A DNA stretch of 64,000 nt from Candidatus Sysuimicrobiota bacterium (GTDB lineage: Bacteria > Sysuimicrobiota > Sysuimicrobiia > Sysuimicrobiales > Sysuimicrobiaceae). Position numbers and translations under genes: made by a program. Within the stretch, counting starts at the first letter, position 1, and every line of letters begins with the position of its first letter. Location of the stretch: the NCBI GenBank assembly GCA_040289515.1, contig PSLI01000002.1, positions 20,014 to 84,013 on the forward strand, written 5' to 3'. Of this stretch, positions 39,252 through 48,920 are shown in pieces. A model generated the notes under the pieces. The model ran no database searches, had not been told where the DNA came from, and worked only from the letters and a program-made list of their open reading frames with translations.

Positions 39252-40564
39252 CCAGACGCGTTCGGATCCTTTTGGGGATCCACCTGGGGCTTGTGGTGTT
39301 GCTAGTCAGCTGGGTGGCCTACTGGCAGGTGGTGCGGGGTCCTGAGCTGGCCGTTCACCCCGGCAATCCCCGCTTGCTGCTCGCGGAAGAGCGCATCCAG
39401 CGGGGCAGGGTCCTGGACCGAAAGGCGCGCGTGCTGGCCTACAGCGTCCGCCGGGACGGGCGAACCCTGCGGGTCTACCCCGGCGGCGAGGTTTTCAGCC
39501 ACCCGGTAGGCTACCGCAGCTTGCTGCTGGGGAAGGCCGGGCTGGAGGCCACCTGGGACGCGGAGTTGTTGGGAGTGTTTGAGCGGAGGGCGTGGGAGCA
39601 GCTGCGCAGGCGGGGGGGTCGGCCTCCCGTTGGGCTAGATGTGGTGACCACCCTGGACGCGGAGCTGCAGCGGGCCAGCTGGGAAGCGTTGGGACCTCGG
39701 CCGGGTGCTGTCGTGGTGGTGGAGTTGCGTACTGGGCAGGTACTGGCCTCCGTCAGCCGCCCGGGATTCGACCCGAACCGTCTGGAGCAGAGGTGGGCCG
39801 AGCTGCGGTGGGCCCCGGGCTCCCCCCTGGTGGACCGTGCCAGCAGCAAGGTGTACCCCCCGGGGCGGACCTTTGGCATCGTGGTGCTGAGCGCGGCCCT
39901 GAGCCGGGGGCTGGTGGGCCTGGACAGCCCTGTCGGCTGCGGCAACGCCGCCGCGGTCCCTGCCCACCTGGTACGGGAGGTGCTCACCGCGGGGTGCACC
40001 CAGGGCTTGGTGCGGCTTGGTGAGGCCCTGGGCGGCAGGATCCTGCGGGAGATGGCGGAGGCCTTCGGGCTGGGCCAGCCACCAACCGGGGACGTGCCGG
40101 CAGCTGCGGGCCAGTTGCCAGAGGTCGGTGACCAGCTCCGCGACGATCTGACCCACGTGGTGGCGGGGGGAGGCCGGGTCTTGGCCTCGCCCCTGCAGAT
40201 GGCCGCCGTGGCGGCTACCCTGGGACGCGGGGGCGAAAGGGTGGAATTGCGCTTCGTCCAGCGCGTGCAGCACGCGGAGGGCCGGGCCCTGGAACGAACT
40301 TTTCAGCGGGCCCCGGTGCGCATCCTGGCAGTTGAGGTGGCTCAGGCGGTGGTGGAAGCCATGAGGGCTTCGGGTGGGGGATTACTCGCAGGGGTCCGGG
40401 GCACGGTGCGCGTGGGGCCTGCGCCCGTGGGGTGGTTCGTGGCGCTGACTCCGACAGATCTGCCGCGACTTGCCCTGGCGGTGGTGGTGGAGGGCGCCGG
40501 CGAGGAGGTGGCGTGGGCGGTGGCCGGGAAGGTCGCGCAGGCAACCCTGCGGGTGGTACCGTAG
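39248..40564 (+). CDS. PbpA-like class B penicillin-binding-protein homolog with degenerate catalytic motifs (predicted non-catalytic)
   Basis: Strong PbpA-like context DRASSKVYPPGRTFGIVVLSAALS. The SxxK position reads RTFG, SxN reads GCT, and KTG reads VRG. GTGA overlap with the SEDS gene. Confidence 0.8.
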   Translation: MTRRVRILLGIHLGLVVLLVSWVAYWQVVRGPELAVHPGNPRLLLAEERIQRGRVLDRKARVLAYSVRRDGRTLRVYPGGEVFSHPVGYRSLLLGKAGLEATWDAELLGVFERRAWEQLRRRGGRPPVGLDVVTTLDAELQRASWEALGPRPGAVVVVELRTGQVLASVSRPGFDPNRLEQRWAELRWAPGSPLVDRASSKVYPPGRTFGIVVLSAALSRGLVGLDSPVGCGNAAAVPAHLVREVLTAGCTQGLVRLGEALGGRILREMAEAFGLGQPPTGDVPAAAGQLPEVGDQLRDDLTHVVAGGGRVLASPLQMAAVAATLGRGGERVELRFVQRVQHAEGRALERTFQRAPVRILAVEVAQAVVEAMRASGGGLLAGVRGTVRVGPAPVGWFVALTPTDLPRLALAVVVEGAGEEVAWAVAGKVAQATLRVVP

Positions 40565-40587
40565 GCGCAGCGAAGGGAGGCCTGCGC

Positions 40588-42498
40588 GTGACGCTGGCGG
40601 GGTCGGTGCTGGCGGGACGCTACGAGCTGTTGGAGCCTGTCGGCCAGGGCGGAATGGCCACCGTGTACCGCGCCCGCCGCCTGCCGGACGGGAAGGTGGT
40701 GGCGGTCAAGGTTCTGCGGGAGCCATACAGCCACGACCGGGAGTTCGTGGAGCGGTTTCAGCGAGAGGCGGAGGCGGCCGCGTCCTTGGACCACCCGCAC
40801 GTGGTGGCGGTCCTGGACAGCGGGGAGCAGGCCGGCGTGCGCTTCCTCGTGATGGAGTACGTGGAGGGGGAGGATCTGAAGTCCCTTCTGCGGCGGTCCG
40901 GGCCCCTGTCGCCCGAGAAGGCCGCCCCCATCGCTGCCGCGGTGTGCGACGCCCTCCAGTATGCCCACGCCCGCGGGATCGTGCACCGCGACGTCAAGCC
41001 GCAGAACATCCTGCTCACGCCCACGGGGAGCGTGAAGGTGGCGGACTTCGGCATCGCCCGCGCCCTGAGCTCCGCCACCATCACGGAGACGGGGACCGTT
41101 TTGGGTTCGGTGCACTACCTGTCGCCCGAGCAGGCGCGCGGAGAGGCCGCCACCGCCGCCTCTGACCTGTACGCCCTGGGTGTGGTGCTGTACGAGATGC
41201 TCACGGGCCGTCTGCCCTTCGACGGGGAGAGCCCCATCGCGGTGGTGCTGAAGCACCTGTACGAGGAGCCCCCTTCTGTGCGGGAGGTGAACCCGGCGGT
41301 GCCCGCGTGGCTGGAGGGGGTGGTGCGGCGGGCCATGGCGAAGCGTCCGGAGGACCGGTATCCTTCCGCGGCGCACATGCGCGCGGACCTGCAGGGCCAG
41401 GCCGACCACTGGCGCCAGGGTCGCACGGTAGTTTTGGGAGGGCCTCCGCAGCGCCGCGTCCGGCGGAGGGGGCCTTCCGCGGCAGCCGTGGCGGCGGCGG
41501 TGCTGGTGGGGCTCGCTGCAGCCATGGCGGCGGGCTGGCAAGCCCTGCAGGTGTACGTGAACGTGGGAGAGGTAACATTACCCGACCTGCGGGGCCGCAG
41601 TTTCACCGAGGCGCAGGCGGTGGTCGCGGACCTGCGGCTGCACCTGGTGGTGGCAGGGCGACAGTACCACGACCGCTACCCTGCCGGCACGGTGGTGGAC
41701 CAAGATCCTCCTCCCGGACGCAGGGTGCGGGAAGGCCGCTGGGTGTCGGTGGTGCTGAGCCAGGGGACCGAGCGGGTGGTGGTTCCCGACGTGACCCGCA
41801 AGCTGCTGCCGGAGGCCACGTTGCTGCTGGAGCAGAGCCGGCTACGGGTGGGCTCCGTGCGGGAGGACTTCGACGACCAGGTGCCCCGCGGCACGGTGGT
41901 GATGCAGCAGCCGGCCCCGGGGTCGGAGGTAACCCGGGGTGCCGCGGTCGACCTGGTGGTGAGCAAGGGGCCGGAGCTCGTGACGGTTCCGCAGCTGGTT
42001 GGTCTCACTCTGGAACAGGCCCGCGCGGAGCTACACCGGTTGGGTCTCAGCCTGGAGCAGGTGGGCTACGTGGCGCGCGCGGATGTACCTCCGGACGTGG
42101 TGGTGGAACAAGCCCCTCCCGCGGGTTCCCGGGTCCGCCGCACACAGCGGCTCGGGGTCGTGGTGGCCGTCCGCCTACGGGAGGAAGCAACCCCGCGCCC
42201 CTTGATCTCCCCGCCCGCGCAGCCTGCCCCGTCGCCTGCTCACACCTCCCCCCGCGTACAGACCACCACGGAGCCGGTGAGCGGGTCGGTCCGCAGGGTC
42301 CGGCTGGAGGTCACCCTGCCGCCGGGGGACGAGGAGGAGGAAGTACGCGTGGTGGTGATCGACAACCGGGGCGTGCGGGTGGTGTACCGGCAGGTGCACC
42401 CGCCGGGCGACCGGGTGGTGCAAACGGTGGAGGTGGAGGGCTACGCCATCGTGCAGGTGTACTTCGGAACCCGTCTCGTCCAGGAGGTGCGACCGTGA
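40588..42498 (+). CDS. PASTA-domain Ser/Thr protein kinase (PknB/PrkC-like) with extra C-terminal beta-rich domain
   Basis: Kinase motifs VAVK, HRDVKPQN, DFG and SPEQ. TM segment, then three PASTA repeats, then a ~100 aa C-terminal domain. RBS GAAGGGAGG. Confidence 0.9.
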   Translation: MTLAGSVLAGRYELLEPVGQGGMATVYRARRLPDGKVVAVKVLREPYSHDREFVERFQREAEAAASLDHPHVVAVLDSGEQAGVRFLVMEYVEGEDLKSLLRRSGPLSPEKAAPIAAAVCDALQYAHARGIVHRDVKPQNILLTPTGSVKVADFGIARALSSATITETGTVLGSVHYLSPEQARGEAATAASDLYALGVVLYEMLTGRLPFDGESPIAVVLKHLYEEPPSVREVNPAVPAWLEGVVRRAMAKRPEDRYPSAAHMRADLQGQADHWRQGRTVVLGGPPQRRVRRRGPSAAAVAAAVLVGLAAAMAAGWQALQVYVNVGEVTLPDLRGRSFTEAQAVVADLRLHLVVAGRQYHDRYPAGTVVDQDPPPGRRVREGRWVSVVLSQGTERVVVPDVTRKLLPEATLLLEQSRLRVGSVREDFDDQVPRGTVVMQQPAPGSEVTRGAAVDLVVSKGPELVTVPQLVGLTLEQARAELHRLGLSLEQVGYVARADVPPDVVVEQAPPAGSRVRRTQRLGVVVAVRLREEATPRPLISPPAQPAPSPAHTSPRVQTTTEPVSGSVRRVRLEVTLPPGDEEEEVRVVVIDNRGVRVVYRQVHPPGDRVVQTVEVEGYAIVQVYFGTRLVQEVRP

Positions 42499-43169
42499 TC
42501 CGCCTGGCACCGTCTGTGCTATCCGCTGACTTCGCGCATCTGGCCGACCAGGTGGCGGAGGCGGAGGAAGGGGGCGCAGACTGGATCCACGTGGATGTCA
42601 TGGATGGGCGCTTCGTGCCCAACCTCACCGTGGGCCCGTTGGTGGTGGAGGCCATCCGCCGCTGCACCAGGCTGCCCCTGGACGTGCACCTCATGGTGCA
42701 GGACCCCGACCTCCTGCTGCAGGCATTCCGGGCCGCGGGAGCGGACCGTCTGTCGGTACACGTGGAAGTGTGTCCTCACCTCCACCGTACCCTGTCCCGC
42801 ATCCGGGAACTGGGTGCCGCCCCCGGCGTGGCCCTCAATCCCCACACGCCACCCGAAGCGGTGGAATGGGTGCTGGATGAGGTGGACACGGTGGTGGTGA
42901 TGACGGTCGACCCCGGGTTCGGTGGCCAGGAGTTCCTGCCCGGCATGCTGCGCAAGGTGCAGCAACTGGCCCGCCGCAAGAAGGAGCGGCACCTGCACTT
43001 CGAGCTGGAGGTGGATGGGGGGGTGGACGTGGATACGGGCATGCAGGCCGCGCAGGCGGGGGCCACGGTCCTGGTCGCCGGGCACTTCGTGTACCGCAAC
43101 CCCAAGGGGGTGGCCGCGGCCCTCCACGCTCTGCGGCAGGCCGTTTCTTTCGGGCTTGCGCGCACGTGA
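42495..43169 (+). CDS. rpe: ribulose-phosphate 3-epimerase
   Basis: Typical Rpe sequence (SVLSADF, HVDVMDGRFVPN, DPGFGGQ). GTGA overlap with the kinase gene. Confidence 0.9.
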   Translation: MIRLAPSVLSADFAHLADQVAEAEEGGADWIHVDVMDGRFVPNLTVGPLVVEAIRRCTRLPLDVHLMVQDPDLLLQAFRAAGADRLSVHVEVCPHLHRTLSRIRELGAAPGVALNPHTPPEAVEWVLDEVDTVVVMTVDPGFGGQEFLPGMLRKVQQLARRKKERHLHFELEVDGGVDVDTGMQAAQAGATVLVAGHFVYRNPKGVAAALHALRQAVSFGLART

Positions 43170-44206
43170 GCATCCTGCTCCTGTACCACCGGGACTGCCT
43201 CCTGCACGCCCCGCCGCGGCCGCACCCCGAGAAGCCCGAGCGGCTGCAGGCGGTACGGGAGGCGTTGGAGCGGGCGGAGCTGTGGGACCAGCTCCCCCAC
43301 GAGGAGCCGGCTCCCACCCCGTGGGAGCTGCTGGAGCTGGTGCATCCCCGCAGCTACCTGGACCAGGTGCGCCGCGCCAGCCGGGCGCCGGGGGTGTGGC
43401 TGGACCCCGACACCTACGCGGCGGAGGGGACCTGGCAAGCGGTGGTGGCCGCCACCGGAGCCGCGGTGCGGGCCGTGGAGGCGGTGGTGCGGGGTCCTCA
43501 CACCAGCGCGTTCGCCCTCGTGCGGCCGCCCGGCCACCACGCGGGGCCTAGTCGGGCCATGGGGTTCTGCCTGGTGAACCACATCGCGGTGGCAGCCCAT
43601 TACGCCCGGGAGCACCTGCACATCGAAAGAACCATGGTGGTGGACTGGGATGTGCACCACGGCAACGGCACGCAGGAGGTGTTCTACCGCGATGGGGGCG
43701 TGCTGTTCGTCTCCCTACACCAGGAGGGCTGGTACCCTGGCACCGGTGCGGTGGAGGAGACGGGTGCGGGCGAGGGGGAGGGGCTGACGGTGAACGTACC
43801 CCTGCCCCCGGGCGTGGGGGACGAAGGGTACCGGTCCGTGTTCGAGGAGGTTGTCCTGCCCCTGGGGGACGCGTGGAAGCCGGAGCTGGTGCTGGTTTCC
43901 GCAGGTTTCGACGCGCACCACTCCGACCCCCTGGGCCGCATGGCACTCACCCCGGCCGGGTTCGCCCGTTTGGCGGGTATGCTCCGGGAGGCCGTTCGCA
44001 GGTGGTGCGGCGGCCGTCTGGCGCTGGTCCTGGAAGGGGGCTATGACCTCCGCGCTCTGTCCCGGTGCGTGGAGGCCACCGTGAGGGTGCTCGCTGACCT
44101 GGAGGCCCCAGCTGCGGAGGGCCCCGTCTCCGAGATCCCGTATGGGGTGGTGCGGGAACGGATCCGGGTGGTCCGGCGCGTGCTGTCGCAGTACTGGTCC
44201 GTGTAG
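43166..44206 (+). CDS. histone deacetylase superfamily protein (AcuC / acetoin-utilisation-type deacetylase)
   Basis: RPPGHHA, DWDVHHGNGTQ and EGGY motifs are present. Confidence 0.85.
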   Translation: MSILLLYHRDCLLHAPPRPHPEKPERLQAVREALERAELWDQLPHEEPAPTPWELLELVHPRSYLDQVRRASRAPGVWLDPDTYAAEGTWQAVVAATGAAVRAVEAVVRGPHTSAFALVRPPGHHAGPSRAMGFCLVNHIAVAAHYAREHLHIERTMVVDWDVHHGNGTQEVFYRDGGVLFVSLHQEGWYPGTGAVEETGAGEGEGLTVNVPLPPGVGDEGYRSVFEEVVLPLGDAWKPELVLVSAGFDAHHSDPLGRMALTPAGFARLAGMLREAVRRWCGGRLALVLEGGYDLRALSRCVEATVRVLADLEAPAAEGPVSEIPYGVVRERIRVVRRVLSQYWSV

Positions 44207-44327
44207 GTTCGCCCGGAAGGCTGGTCCGCAGAACCTGGTCGCCTTGCCCAACTCGCCCCCGGCGGGTATAATGGCGAGCACCCGGGGCGGAAACGCCCTT
44301 TTTTCGCGTGTCGGCGCAGGAGGCGCT

Positions 44328-45548
44328 ATGTCCGAGGAGACTCGCACCCCCTCCGAAGAGGTCAGCATGGAGAGCGCCTTCCCCGAGCTGCAGGAACGGC
44401 AGATCGTGCGGGGTACCGTGGTACGGGTGGACAGCGAGGGCGTGCTGGTGGACGTGGGGGCCAAGTCCGAGGGGCTTATTCCCGTGCGCGAGTTCCGGCC
44501 CGGCGAGTCCCCCACCGACCTGCGGGTGGGCGACCAGATCGACGTGTACGTGATGCGGGTGGAGCAGGAGGAGGGCAACATCCTGCTCAGCAAGCGCCGG
44601 GCGGATGTGCAGCGGGCGTGGGAACGGCTGGAGACGGCCCTCCGGGACGGCCAGATCCTGCACGCCATGGTGGTAGACCGTGTGAAGGGCGGGGTGGTGG
44701 TGGATGTGGGACTGCGGGGCTTTGTGCCCGGCTCCCACATCGACCTCACGCGGGTGAAGGGCCGCAGGTTCGAGAACCTGGTGGGCGAGAGCGTGCCCTT
44801 GAAGGTCATCGAGATCGACCGCGAACGCAACCGCGTGATTCTTTCCCACAAGCAGGCGGTGGAGGAGGAACGAGCCCGGCGCCGGGAGGAGCTGTTCCGG
44901 ACCCTGCGGGAGGGCGACGAGGTGGAGGGGGTGGTGCGGCGGATCACGGACTTCGGGGCCTTCGTGGACCTAGGCGGGGTGGACGCCCTGCTGCCCATCA
45001 GCGAGATGGCGTGGACGTACATCAAGCATCCCTCCGAGGCGGTGCGGCGAGGTCAGACCCTGCGCCTGCGGGTAATCCGGGTGGACCCCTCCGCGGGCAA
45101 GATCAGTTTGAGCCTCAAGCAGGTGCTGCCGGATCCCTGGGTGGACATCCGGTCCCGCTACCGCGAAGGGGACGTGGTACGGGGCAAGGTGGTGCGGCTG
45201 GCGACTTCCGGGGCCTTCGTGCGTCTGAAGGACGTGGACGCCTTTTTGCCGCTGAGCGAGCTGGCGGAGCGGCGGGGCCAGAAGGTGGAGGAGCTGGTGC
45301 AGGTGGGCGCTACGGTGGAGGCCGTGGTGGTGGAGATCAAACCGGAGGATCGCCGCATGGTGGTGAGCGTGCGGCGGTTGCGGGAGCAGCGGGAGCGGGA
45401 AGAGCTGAGCCGGCACCAACAGTCCCAGGAGCGCGGGGGGGTCACCATCGGCGCGGTGGCGGGGGACGTGCTGCGGCAGGCGGTGCAGGGCACAAACCCA
45501 CAGGCGCCCGAGGAACCGTCCGAGCCGAACGACCGACAGGGCCAGTAG
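44328..45548 (+). CDS. rpsA: 30S ribosomal protein S1 (short four-S1-domain form)
   Basis: Four S1 repeats. RBS GGAGG. Confidence 0.9.
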   Translation: MSEETRTPSEEVSMESAFPELQERQIVRGTVVRVDSEGVLVDVGAKSEGLIPVREFRPGESPTDLRVGDQIDVYVMRVEQEEGNILLSKRRADVQRAWERLETALRDGQILHAMVVDRVKGGVVVDVGLRGFVPGSHIDLTRVKGRRFENLVGESVPLKVIEIDRERNRVILSHKQAVEEERARRREELFRTLREGDEVEGVVRRITDFGAFVDLGGVDALLPISEMAWTYIKHPSEAVRRGQTLRLRVIRVDPSAGKISLSLKQVLPDPWVDIRSRYREGDVVRGKVVRLATSGAFVRLKDVDAFLPLSELAERRGQKVEELVQVGATVEAVVVEIKPEDRRMVVSVRRLREQREREELSRHQQSQERGGVTIGAVAGDVLRQAVQGTNPQAPEEPSEPNDRQGQ

Positions 45549-45578
45549 CCCCCTTTGCCTGGCGGTGGTACTTTTTCA
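45540..45578 (+). terminator. weak intrinsic terminator after rpsA (GCCAG...CTGGC stem, then CTTTTT)
   Basis: Short hairpin followed by a T5 run. No other T-tracts occur nearby. Confidence 0.3.
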
Positions 45579-45581
45579 GTG

Positions 45582-45659
45582 CGGGGCGTGGCGCAGCTTG
45601 GCTAGCGCGCAGCGTTCGGGACGCTGAGGTCGGCGGTTCAAATCCGCCCGCCCCGACCA
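45582..45659 (+). tRNA. tRNA-Pro (anticodon CGG), CCA encoded
   Basis: Acceptor CGGGGCG/CGCCCCG. D-stem GCGC. Anticodon stem CAGCG/CGCTG with loop TTCGGGA. T-arm GGCGG-TTCAAAT-CCGCC. Confidence 0.85.
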
Positions 45660-45704
45660 AGCAGTTGAGGTCCCCGCGGATCGCGTCCGCGATTCGCGGG
45701 TGAG

Positions 45705-45720
45705 AAATCCGCCCGCCCCG
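45705..45720 (+). repeat. 16-nt exact duplicate of the tRNA-Pro T-arm/acceptor 3' segment (AAATCCGCCCGCCCCG)
   Basis: Identical to 45640-45655 inside the tRNA. A second nearby repeat is (A)GTTGAGGTCCCCG at 45663-45676 versus AGTTTAGGTCCCCG at 45818-45831. Confidence 0.6.
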
Positions 45721-45831
45721 GCTATTCCCTCGAAGGGTAGCGCAACTCTGTGGACGGGTCTGGTCTTCGGAGGGGAACCGCCGCCCGCGGGCTGCGGTCC
45801 CCCGCCGGTACCCCAGGAGTTTAGGTCCCCG

Positions 45832-45862
45832 TTGACAGGCACGGGCCGCCCCGCGGACTATG
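45832..45862 (+). promoter_or_regulatory. promoter of the thi operon (TTGACA-18-GACTAT)
   Basis: Perfect -35 hexamer, 18 nt spacer, and a -10-like hexamer just upstream of the TPP aptamer. Confidence 0.5.
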
Positions 45863-45869
45863 AAGCTGG

Positions 45870-45965
45870 AAGCGCACGGGGTGGTCGGCGGGAAACCGTC
45901 GGCCTGAGACAACACCCGTTGAACCTGATCCGGGTAATGCCGGCGGAGGGAATGCGCAGGACGTC
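45870..45965 (+). promoter_or_regulatory. TPP (THI-box) riboswitch
   Basis: GGGGTG...CTGAGA...ACCCGTTGAACCTGATCCGGGTAATGCCGGCGGAGGGA matches the THI-element consensus. It lies upstream of thiO-thiS-thiG-thiE. Confidence 0.85.
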
Positions 45966-46062
45966 TCCAGCGGATCCCCCGCAGCCCTGACTTCTTGAGC
46001 TTCCCTTCTGCGGGCAGGCGGCGCGATTGCGCTCCGGTTCGGGTTGCGCGAAGAGGTACCGT

Positions 46063-47174
46063 GTGAGACCCGACGTGGCCGTGGTAGGTGCGGGCGTCAT
46101 CGGCCTCGCGGTGGCGGACGCGCTCGCCGACAGCGGCCGCCGGGTGGTGGTGCTGGAGCGCGACCGGGTGGGCGAGACCTGCGCGGCGGCGGCGGCCGCA
46201 GGCATGCTGGCGCCCGCCGCCGAGGCGGACACCACTCCTCCGGCCACCACGCAGCTTGCCCTGGCCAGCCACCGCATGTACGCGGAGTGGGTAGCCCGGC
46301 TGGAGTCCGCTTCCGGCGTGGAGGTGGGGTTTGACCGCGCCGGTACGGTGGTGGTAGCCCTGGACGCCGACGACCTGCGGGAGCTGGTTCACTTGGAGCG
46401 AGTGCAGCAGCGGTTCGGCCTGCGCACGCGCAGGCTGTCGGGCGAGGAGGCACGGGAGCTGCAGCCTTCCCTGGGCCCATCGGTGGTGGGGGGACTCCTG
46501 CTGGAGGAAGACTGGCAGGTGGATCCCCGACGGCTGCTGCAGGCGTTGCGGCGAAGCGTAGAGGTTCGGGGCGGGCAGGTGGTGGAGGGCGCCGAGGTAC
46601 AGGGCCTTTGGCGCAAGGATGGCACCTGGTGCGCGGTCCTGCGGGGCGGGGGGGAGGTAGCCTGCCCCACGGTGGTGGTGGCCGCGGGCGCCTGGACGCC
46701 ACAGCTGCTGCCCCCGGAGGTGCACCGGATCCCCGTACGTCCGGTTCGGGGCGTGGCCCTACGCCTGGCCGCTGGGCTGCAGACTCGCCGCGTGGTGCGC
46801 ACGCCCCGGGTGTACGTGGTGCCGCGGGCCTGGGGAGAGACGGTGGTGGGCGCCACCGTGGAGGAGCGGGGCTGGGCACGGGAGGCGCTCGCGGGTGGCG
46901 TGTACGAGCTGCTCCGGGAGAGCCGGCGCGCGCTGCCGTGCGTGGACGAGATGCCCCTGCAGGAAGTGGTGGTGGGCTTCCGCCCCGCCATCCGGGACAA
47001 CGTCCCCGCCATCGGCGCCCTGGACGAAGGTCACACGCTGTGGGTGGCCACGGGCCACTACCGCAAGGGGGTGGAGCTGGCACCGCTGACCGCAACCGTG
47101 GTGCGGCAGCTGCTGGACGGGGAAAGCCATCCGCTCGCCGGGTGGGTGGACCCGCGCCGGTTCGCGGAGAACCC

Positions 47175-47178
<4 letters not shown>
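46063..47178 (+). CDS. thiO: glycine oxidase ThiO (FAD-dependent)
   Basis: DVAVVGAGVIGLAVA Rossmann fold. DAO-family. GTG start with GAAGAGG RBS. Confidence 0.85.
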
Positions 47179-48192
<1,014 letters not shown>

Positions 48193-48195
48193 GAG

Positions 48196-48861
48196 GTGTT
48201 GTTGGCACAGACGCAGCCGGCGTGCCCCACCACAGGCGGCACCGTTGAGGTGCCGCGACTGCTGGTGGTGGCGGACGTGGACGGCGCGGGCGGCCCGGTG
48301 GCCTGGGAAGGCGTGCTGCTGCGGCTGGCCGGGCTTCCCCCGGGGCTGCAAGTGGCCGTGCAGGTGAGGGCCAAGGGCCGCCCGCCGGCGGAGCTGCGGC
48401 AGCTTGGGGCGAAGGCGCGGGAGCTGCTAGCGGATCGCGTCCCCGTGGTGCTCAATGGGCCGCCCGCGGTGGCCTGTACCCTCCGTTTGGCGGGCGTGCA
48501 CTGGCCGGAAGCGGAGATTCCCAGCGCGGTACCCCGGGAGGCAGAAGGGCTGCTGCGGTCTGCGAGCGTGCACGGTCTTGTTGCGGTGCGCAGGGCGCAG
48601 CGCGTTGCCCACTACGTGCTGTTCGGGCCTGTGTTTGAGCCAAGGTCTAAGCCAGGTACCGGCGCCGGCGTGGAGGCCCTGCGGCAGGCCTGCGCTGCCA
48701 GCCGCCTGCCCGTGCTGGCCATCGGCGGGGTGACCGCGGAACGGGTACCCCTGTGCGTGCAGGCCGGCGCGGCGGGCGTGGCGGTGGTGTCCGCGGTGGT
48801 ACGGGCCGCAGACCCGGCGCGGGAGGTGCTGCGGCTGCTGGACGCTCTACCGGGAGGGTGA
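48196..48861 (+). CDS. thiE: thiamine-phosphate synthase ThiE (divergent)
   Basis: LFGPVFEPRSKPGTGAG...LAIGGV fits the ThiE C-terminal motifs. AGGAGG RBS. Confidence 0.7.
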   Translation: MLLAQTQPACPTTGGTVEVPRLLVVADVDGAGGPVAWEGVLLRLAGLPPGLQVAVQVRAKGRPPAELRQLGAKARELLADRVPVVLNGPPAVACTLRLAGVHWPEAEIPSAVPREAEGLLRSASVHGLVAVRRAQRVAHYVLFGPVFEPRSKPGTGAGVEALRQACAASRLPVLAIGGVTAERVPLCVQAGAAGVAVVSAVVRAADPAREVLRLLDALPGG

Positions 48862-48920
48862 CCGGGGTCTGCCTTCCAGCCCTGCAGGGGTCCGAGCGCC
48901 TGGCGGGGAACACCATCCCG

